Positions 35,140 through 41,440 of a stretch of 41,440 nucleotides of DNA are shown one piece after another. The notes under the pieces were generated by a model, which saw only the letters and a list, made by a program, of their open reading frames with translations, ran no database searches and was not told the DNA's origin. Positions within the stretch are counted from its first letter, which is position 1, and the number at the start of each line of letters is the position of its first letter. The translations under genes and the position numbers were made by a program. The stretch lies in the IMG/VR virus record IMGVR_UViG_3300030397_000570, positions 1 through 41,440 of that record; one strand, given 5' to 3'. The stretch comes from a virus (taxonomy: Duplodnaviria > Caudoviricetes).

Positions 35140-35748
35140 TTAGAATCCTGCGGACGTACCACCAGTGGCTTTCTTGTCAACTCCTGTAACAGACATGTAT
35201 GCGTGATCATAGCGCATTGTGATAACAGTCTTAACAGTTTCTGAATTCTGATAGTCTAGATCACCAAAATCTATGTTGTTGATAGCACAGCCTTCTAAGA
35301 CCCAAGTTTCCAACACCAGAGTTCCTCCGGAGTTAGGATGGGAACCGTTTAATAACTCCAAAGTCGTTAAAAATTTGTAGTCCTCACCGGCCATTGCCTG
35401 TCCCAAAAATGGTCCCGGCCCCGGTCCTATCAATTTTTGCTGAACTTCTAACTGCTGTAGTAGAGCCCTATGGACTCTTCCACCAATATCTGGTTCCAAT
35501 GTTATTGTTATAGGCTGAAACGTGTATTTTCCTTGTATGTATGCGCGAGAATTGTACCTATCTAACGTGATTTCATCATACTCAACCTTGGGGCGATCTG
35601 CTGTCACCGCCATTGAAGTTACTGCTCTAATGCCCCCGCTTGAAGCTTCACGCAGGTTCATCTGAATTCTCCAGCGGTTTTTATACGCAGGTTGTAGTAT
35701 TCCTCCGGTAACGCCACCGGGTATGCCCATGTCGGTAACTGTTGCCAT
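35140..35748 (-). CDS. Tail tube protein (gp19-like)
   Basis: ILQP.YKNRWR, RP.V...I.L..YNS, W.LEGC and MRYDHA motifs; near the sheath gene; ATAAATA at 35775-35781. Confidence 0.85.
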   Translation of the reverse strand: MATVTDMGIPGGVTGGILQPAYKNRWRIQMNLREASSGGIRAVTSMAVTADRPKVEYDEITLDRYNSRAYIQGKYTFQPITITLEPDIGGRVHRALLQQLEVQQKLIGPGPGPFLGQAMAGEDYKFLTTLELLNGSHPNSGGTLVLETWVLEGCAINNIDFGDLDYQNSETVKTVITMRYDHAYMSVTGVDKKATGGTSAGF

Positions 35749-35838
35749 ATATTTTTACTCCTAATCCACTATTGTATTTATCTCAATGTGCTTTTGTTTT
35801 TCCCAAATGAAAAACATCTCTATATCTGAAACGCAAAT

Positions 35839-35856
35839 TGATAAATATATTTATCA
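35839..35856. promoter_or_regulatory. Perfect 18-bp palindrome with late-promoter cores on both strands
   Basis: TGATAAATATATTTATCA between divergent genes. Confidence 0.65.
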
Positions 35857-35878
35857 GAGAACACGGTAGACAGTTTTT

Positions 35879-36616
35879 ATGTCAAACGAAAATTTAAATA
35901 GAGCCTCATTGGCCTTATATGCCTTCATCGACAACATAGAAGAATCTCATTATGAGATGGACAATGACAGAATTGAATACAATTTAGGGCTAACCATAAG
36001 AGATAGCACTTTTAGTCATGTGGACATTGTAATTAAGAGGGGAGATTCACTATCGGTTAAAGCTGCCACAAGAAAAGACTATCCAGAGAAGAGGTATGCC
36101 CTAGTTATAACAACACCACAGCTTCCTAATCCCACAGAGGTTGGAAAATTCATCGAAAGCAGAGAGGTTGCCATCGACGCGATCAATGAGCTAGCAAAGA
36201 TATATGACTCTATAAAACTTCACGTAGACCAGCCCGAAAATGACTCATTGAGTGAATATGAACTGAAAAAACGTTATAATGATCCGATATTCTTCGAGGA
36301 CGTTTACATAAGAGCCGTTAAAGAAGTAAAAAAATATTTGAACCGTCTTAAAACTCAAATATCTAACCTTCGAGAACGCGCCGACTCTGTTGGTATACCA
36401 GCCAGAAAATCGATATACCTTATGGCTATCAAGGATTTGATTGATGAGTCTCTTGGAGATTATAAAAAGTTCTCGACTATATTTTTCGACAAACTAAATT
36501 CTATGTATCCCGATTTTATGAAATACATAGATTCCGATAAAAAGAAAGTATTAGAAGATCGAGTAAAGCAATTTTATAAAGTGACTTTAGATAAGATGCC
36601 GGTTGCACACGAATAA
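35879..36616 (+). CDS. Hypothetical protein
   Basis: 245 aa; has its own promoter core and terminator. Confidence 0.75.
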   Translation: MSNENLNRASLALYAFIDNIEESHYEMDNDRIEYNLGLTIRDSTFSHVDIVIKRGDSLSVKAATRKDYPEKRYALVITTPQLPNPTEVGKFIESREVAIDAINELAKIYDSIKLHVDQPENDSLSEYELKKRYNDPIFFEDVYIRAVKEVKKYLNRLKTQISNLRERADSVGIPARKSIYLMAIKDLIDESLGDYKKFSTIFFDKLNSMYPDFMKYIDSDKKKVLEDRVKQFYKVTLDKMPVAHE

Positions 36617-36641
36617 AAAAGCCCCCTTTCGGGGGCTTTTT
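36615..36641. terminator. Bidirectional intrinsic terminator
   Basis: AAAAAAGCCCCC-TTTC-GGGGGCTTTTT between convergent genes. Confidence 0.92.
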
Positions 36642-36642
36642 C

Positions 36643-38778
36643 TTATGTGTTGCTCACGATGCTTCCAGCCGATCCGATATCTGCTGCAAAGTCCACCACC
36701 CGTATCGGGACATAGATGAACTCGACCGCTGTAATCGGTTTTAAGGCGACATCGATCCACAGTTCTTTTCGCTGCACTCTGTCAGGAGTATTGTTGCTCT
36801 CATCACAGATAGTCGCAAAGTCGAACAAGGCCCTGTCGTTTATTAGGCTTGCCAAGAAATTGTCTACCGTAGTTTTAACCTGATCACGTGTAATCTGGTC
36901 ATTTGGCTCAAACAGATAAGGGAACACTCCTCTACGGATTTCGCGCTTAATGAACCTTAACAAGCGTTCTATGTTCACGGATTCTCTCGGAGAAGTCGCA
37001 GGATTGACGGTTTTTTGCCCTAAAATTAATATTCCTCTACCAGCTATTCGGGTGATAGGGTTTATGTTTTTCGGGAATTCGTACAAAGAGTCTCTCTTTC
37101 CTACGTCCAAATCATCTTCCACGAACTCTGTTGGCCCGCCAAGAACTCCTGAAACGTATCCAGTTTTTGTCAAGTGAGGACACAATCCTCGCTCCACCCC
37201 AGCGGGAGCATACCACAACGCTTCTTCTCGGTCGTTGAACGCATAAGCTCTTAGTGCTGTTGCTGCGGATGTGGTCAAAATGTTTCTACCATCAATATTG
37301 CTGGATATTCCATGACCGAAATAGTACGCAGCACCCGGGTAGGTTGTGCGTTCAGATGACAGTGCCCAAGTTGAAATACCATTAAAACCTGTTGGAGGCT
37401 TATCAAATGGGGTTTCACCTATCACAAAGACTTCATCTAACATCTCGGTTGCCATACGGTTGAGTTCATCAACTAGCTCATGATAGCCCGGAGCAACCAA
37501 CAAGTTGAACGAATAGGCGTCAGGGTTTCTTAGGCCGAGTGTCGGATCGTTGATAGCTTTCTGTAACTGAACAACAATCTCTGCCCTTCTTTCAGCGTCG
37601 TTTTCTCCGAGGCTTGTGTGGTTTCTAAACTCCCTCGTCAGTTCGTATTCAGAAGCCGCAGTTGTAAGAATACTAACAACACTGTCGCATGTGTATGTAA
37701 CACTGTCGCTTATCGCGTTGAATAGGCCATTGAAGCTTCCTGTAGCCGCGTTTTCGTAACCGTCGGCAAATATCAGGAGAGGGTTAGGTCCAGTCCCCTG
37801 AACAGGGTCTGCAATAAATTGGAACAGATTCAATGAACTGAACAAGCCGGTTGACCCTGAAACGTTTTCATCTATTGATATGGATGAAGTGACACCAGCA
37901 AATAGCGAACTAACTCGAAGCCTTCCGGCCAAAAACTCTATAGTTGCCGAACCTGAAAGGGCAGTGTTAATTTCGTCGATTAGCTCACCAAAGGTTTGCG
38001 CATCTTGTCCTTGAACCGTTACGACCTGTGCGGCACCGCCGTCAACTTCTATACTGAAGGAATAAAGTGTTGTGTCGTTGTTCAAGCCAGTAACGTCGTT
38101 TGTAGTTAGAAATCCGCCACTGGTGTCAAACACAATTTCTTGATAGCCCGGTCTCGCAACCGAATGGTCATCTAAAAAGTCATCCTTGAACAGGTTGTTA
38201 TTTCCAGTTCTTCCTTTTGACGAGAACGAATAGCATTCAAAAACATCAATCAATGCTTCTTCTAATAGTATCTTGACATCACTGCCTTGGATTTCATTGA
38301 CTGCGGCAGGTCCAAACAAGCCGTTTTCTTCGTTGTATTCTTCTAGATAGTCATCAAACAACTCACATAGATAATCTGATGCAGACGATATTTTAGATTG
38401 CCACAGCTTTCTCAATCCGGCAATGCTGTCATCAAGGTTAACATTTGCTCTAACCACATACGCCCGATTTCCGACTTCCAAGAATTTAACCAAGGCGTCA
38501 AGCCCGTATTCATTTCTGGCATCCCCGTGAAACGGTTGTCCATCCGCACTTTCCAAATATCTAGGAATGCCATAAAGCTCGATTGCTTGGCGAATGGAGG
38601 TGACCTCACGAAACACTCCATACTCATACGTACCTAACGCCGGAGTTACTCCGTCAGGTTGCGTCTTTTGGTCAGCCGTTGCTATGAATATTACAGGTAT
38701 TGTTCCTGCTCGACCGGGAATAAAGAACGCCTGATCGTCTATTGTTACACTTACACCGGGACTAATTAAGCTTGCCAT
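36643..38778 (-). CDS. Tail sheath protein (gp18-like)
   Basis: LISPGVSV, WYAPAG..RG, INPI, GQKT, NIERL, FEPND, DESNNTP and KP..AVEFIY. Confidence 0.95.
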   Translation of the reverse strand: MASLISPGVSVTIDDQAFFIPGRAGTIPVIFIATADQKTQPDGVTPALGTYEYGVFREVTSIRQAIELYGIPRYLESADGQPFHGDARNEYGLDALVKFLEVGNRAYVVRANVNLDDSIAGLRKLWQSKISSASDYLCELFDDYLEEYNEENGLFGPAAVNEIQGSDVKILLEEALIDVFECYSFSSKGRTGNNNLFKDDFLDDHSVARPGYQEIVFDTSGGFLTTNDVTGLNNDTTLYSFSIEVDGGAAQVVTVQGQDAQTFGELIDEINTALSGSATIEFLAGRLRVSSLFAGVTSSISIDENVSGSTGLFSSLNLFQFIADPVQGTGPNPLLIFADGYENAATGSFNGLFNAISDSVTYTCDSVVSILTTAASEYELTREFRNHTSLGENDAERRAEIVVQLQKAINDPTLGLRNPDAYSFNLLVAPGYHELVDELNRMATEMLDEVFVIGETPFDKPPTGFNGISTWALSSERTTYPGAAYYFGHGISSNIDGRNILTTSAATALRAYAFNDREEALWYAPAGVERGLCPHLTKTGYVSGVLGGPTEFVEDDLDVGKRDSLYEFPKNINPITRIAGRGILILGQKTVNPATSPRESVNIERLLRFIKREIRRGVFPYLFEPNDQITRDQVKTTVDNFLASLINDRALFDFATICDESNNTPDRVQRKELWIDVALKPITAVEFIYVPIRVVDFAADIGSAGSIVSNT

Positions 38779-38820
38779 ATTATTTCTCCCAATAGTTATT
38801 TTGCTATTGTCTCTTTGATG

Positions 38821-38827
38821 TATTTAT
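38821..38827 (-). promoter_or_regulatory. Late-promoter core ATAAATA for the sheath gene
   Basis: TATTTAT upstream of 38778. Confidence 0.65.
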
Positions 38828-38858
38828 TTATTTGTACTACAATAATTACAAAAAATAG

Positions 38859-39647
38859 TTAGCTCTTAGGAGGGTCCAACTCATCTATGTCAAACAGGGT
38901 TTCATACTCGTCCGTTATGCCACGAGACGCCGCTACTTCTTTGACTTCTTTTAGGGTGGTAGATTCCCCGATGTTTTGTATTCTCACCTTGATTTTTGCT
39001 ATCAAATCTTCTTTAACTTCGACTGGTGCAGAAATCCATGCGTCTATCTGAAAAGAGAAGCTTATAGAAAGTATTCTTCTTTCTTGGCCCGCAGGGTAGT
39101 TTTCCTCATTATCAACAGACAAAAGACTCACTCTATTAATAGAAGTATGGTCATGGGGGTCGTCTGACGTGTAGATTATTAGGTCCGGGTCAAATATAAG
39201 AGCGATTTGTTCGAGTATTTCATACTGGTGGTGTAGGTTTGATGTAAGGACATTCACTTCGCCTTTTATTCTCCAAGGGATAGGTTTTAGTCTATGCACC
39301 GTTTTCAGGTCATCTGGAAAAACTCCTCCACGAGGAAATGCCACTGTCGCATCAACCGTCCTCATTCCTGCCATTCTGTCCACAGCCAGCTCCATATCCG
39401 TAAACCGGACACTAAGCAGCGGTAGTTTTACTGGAACATTAGGCGAGTTCCTAGCCAAAATGTGCGCAACTACCCGATCTTTCGACCCGTGAACAACAGG
39501 TACTCGAATGAGGTTGCTTTGAGAGTTAAAATCGTTTTTCCCGACAGAGACCTGCAATCCAGAAAATATCGACATAAACTGAATGAGATATTTTTTTATC
39601 TGGTTCTGGCTGTAATAATTAGACAGTATGTTGTTTTCTTGTACCAT
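38859..39647 (-). CDS. Tail terminator / sheath stabiliser (gp15-like)
   Basis: YY..QI.KY..QF..IFS, VPV.HG, P.P and ILEQI...F.P motifs; TATTTATA at 39676-39683. Confidence 0.85.
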   Translation of the reverse strand: MVQENNILSNYYSQNQIKKYLIQFMSIFSGLQVSVGKNDFNSQSNLIRVPVVHGSKDRVVAHILARNSPNVPVKLPLLSVRFTDMELAVDRMAGMRTVDATVAFPRGGVFPDDLKTVHRLKPIPWRIKGEVNVLTSNLHHQYEILEQIALIFDPDLIIYTSDDPHDHTSINRVSLLSVDNEENYPAGQERRILSISFSFQIDAWISAPVEVKEDLIAKIKVRIQNIGESTTLKEVKEVAASRGITDEYETLFDIDELDPPKS

Positions 39648-39678
39648 TAATAAAGCTTATCATCGACATTTAACTTAT

Positions 39679-41440
39679 TTATACCGGGCAAGAGTCACTT
39701 GTTGAAGCCTCAACACTTTCTATTTCTATTATATCTCCCTCTAGCAAAGGCTCTCCGTTTGAAACGTTTACAGCTATCCAAGAAGTTTTGAAAATATCTG
39801 GGTGTCTTTTTCTAGCCGCTACAGACCTTTCTAACACTTCAAAGAATATACCATTAACCTCTTTTGCGGTAAAATTGTTGTATATAGCGCGAAGCATTTC
39901 TACATATCCTTCGGGCGTGGACAAATCATAAGATTCATAGAATTCTTCGATATCATTAACGGACCATTCTTTATTAGGATCAAACAGTATCTCCTCTAGC
40001 AGTGGTCTAAGCTCCGAAGTATCTAAGAGAACCTGACCATCCCCCAGCCCTATTCTCGTAGCCGCTTTTTCTACCAGTGTGTCATACCTAACTCTTTCGT
40101 TAGATGGCAGAGGATGGTTTTTATCAATATTAAAGTCTTCGTCTATGGACAAGAAACCCGTCGCACTTTCCACTAATTTTTTCCATAAAACAAAATCTAT
40201 TTTTGAGGGCTGTTTCCTTCTAATGAGTTTCCAGTCTTCATGTTTATTGCTCTTGGAAAGATTTTTTCCTATCTCATCTCTTAAAGTAAAGTCTTTTCTT
40301 AGTCTCAAAACATAATCCGAGTTATTTTTAACAGTGCTTGCAAGCCCTTTGACTATAAGCTGTGAAAACCGCATTGGAAGATTATTGTCGTCTGGGTCAT
40401 ATGTCGCCCCGAATAATACCCCATAGCCTTCCCCCTCGGTCCTGAAGCCGTCTATGATAGCATATGGTCCATTAATGGTTTCCAATTCCCTAGTGGCATC
40501 CAACAGCGTCAATGAAGTACCGTTCAGTAGTTTATGGCTTCTGTCTGAACTAACCCAGAAATAATATTTGTATTTTTTCTGTCCGCTCAATCGTTCAATA
40601 TGTTCAACCTTCACGTGTGGATAAATCTTAGTATATGTTCCAGATTTTAGTTCTTCTTCTGTTGGGTCAACGGCACGTCGGATAACTGTTATCATCGAAT
40701 TAGGCCCAATTTGGGACAGGCTCAGAAACGCTATAAAATTCTGATACGCACTAGACGCCCCTATGGTTTTATATTCCGTGGTTGACAAAAATTTTCCATT
40801 GACATAAACTTCCAACAGATCCCCCTCACTAAAATTAACCATATCTGTCTGGGATATTCCTGCTATTGGGAACGTTGAAGAATAAGTCTTCTCTTCTTTC
40901 CAAGACCCGTTTTCGTTTTTGTAGACAACCGCCCTTGGCACACCCGTCAGAGCTTCTTCCAAAGGTTTATTGTCTTTCAGGTCTCTCTCGGACTGTAATA
41001 TATACTCTTCCGGTGAAAGCTCACTTTCGGTCCATCTATATAATTCGATTTTTCCATATTCGGCAAGCCTTCCCCATATTGCACTTCTCTCATCCTGAGT
41101 GTTATAGATGTGTTTGTCGTAGTATGGGAGATACCCCTTTAAGGTAGTATCCAACCACACTTTTCCTACTTGCTTTTCGTCCCAATGCTTTTTGGAAATC
41201 CTGTCGGGGTTCAGGTCATCAGTATACTTAGCAGGATCGTTATCAACTTTCCAGTCTATGGGATAGTTTCCGATAGGGTTTTCTTGTCCTAGTGCTGGAT
41301 TCCAAATCGGAATGTTAGTGACAACCGATTCTTTTTTGTCGATTAATTTGAACACATTGGTAGAATCATAGGAGTATGTTATCCCAGCCACTTGTACGTT
41401 TTGCCAGTTATCCACATCTTGAGTCAAAAACTCTATAGTG
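39679..41440 (-). CDS. Partial large structural (baseplate-like) protein, C-terminal part
   Basis: The frame stays open to the window end; DPAKY, W...QVGKVWLD, YRWTES..P and YYFWV motifs recalled from large-myovirus baseplate proteins. Confidence 0.7.
   Translation of the reverse strand, partial: TIEFLTQDVDNWQNVQVAGITYSYDSTNVFKLIDKKESVVTNIPIWNPALGQENPIGNYPIDWKVDNDPAKYTDDLNPDRISKKHWDEKQVGKVWLDTTLKGYLPYYDKHIYNTQDERSAIWGRLAEYGKIELYRWTESELSPEEYILQSERDLKDNKPLEEALTGVPRAVVYKNENGSWKEEKTYSSTFPIAGISQTDMVNFSEGDLLEVYVNGKFLSTTEYKTIGASSAYQNFIAFLSLSQIGPNSMITVIRRAVDPTEEELKSGTYTKIYPHVKVEHIERLSGQKKYKYYFWVSSDRSHKLLNGTSLTLLDATRELETINGPYAIIDGFRTEGEGYGVLFGATYDPDDNNLPMRFSQLIVKGLASTVKNNSDYVLRLRKDFTLRDEIGKNLSKSNKHEDWKLIRRKQPSKIDFVLWKKLVESATGFLSIDEDFNIDKNHPLPSNERVRYDTLVEKAATRIGLGDGQVLLDTSELRPLLEEILFDPNKEWSVNDIEEFYESYDLSTPEGYVEMLRAIYNNFTAKEVNGIFFEVLERSVAARKRHPDIFKTSWIAVNVSNGEPLLEGDIIEIESVEASTSDSCPV

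Noticed and set aside
1-41440. Stop-codon reassignment, and the many short antisense ORFs in the track
   Set aside because: Core genes are full length under the standard code; the short ORFs are shadows of well-supported genes with no recognisable motifs

Overview
A 41.4-kb segment of a large T4-like (probably jumbo) myovirus genome, mostly encoded on the minus strand in the standard genetic code. It contains a contractile-tail block (partial baseplate-like protein, gp15-like terminator, sheath, two tube-fold genes, gp4-like head-completion nuclease, GroES), replication genes (family B DNA polymerase, probable sliding clamp, RNase H/5'-3' exonuclease), nucleotide metabolism genes (nrdA, nrdB, thyA, Nudix, NDT-like), an M15 peptidase, a putative holin, tRNA-Gly(TCC) and many T4-type late promoters (TATAAATA/ATAAATA). 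The thyA and nrdAB types suggest a gammaproteobacterial host (inference). Two signals stand out. (1) A ~2.25-kb compositionally foreign segment (6742-8987; about 50% GC in spot counts, no CTAG seen) carries Hjc resolvase, ART-like and DsbA genes that look derived from another T4-like phage. It is bounded by a 19-nt direct repeat resembling the 5' end of IscB/IS200-IS605 elements, and the 6712-6759 copy extends into a collapsed hairpin element abutting the ATGA start of a glycosyltransferase gene. (2) At least seven glycosylation-type genes, including a GT60 (Skp1 Hyp-GlcNAc transferase-like) gene, lie behind late promoters near a Pro/Thr-repeat structural protein, suggesting virion glycosylation. 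All family assignments are from motif recognition by eye; no searches were run.
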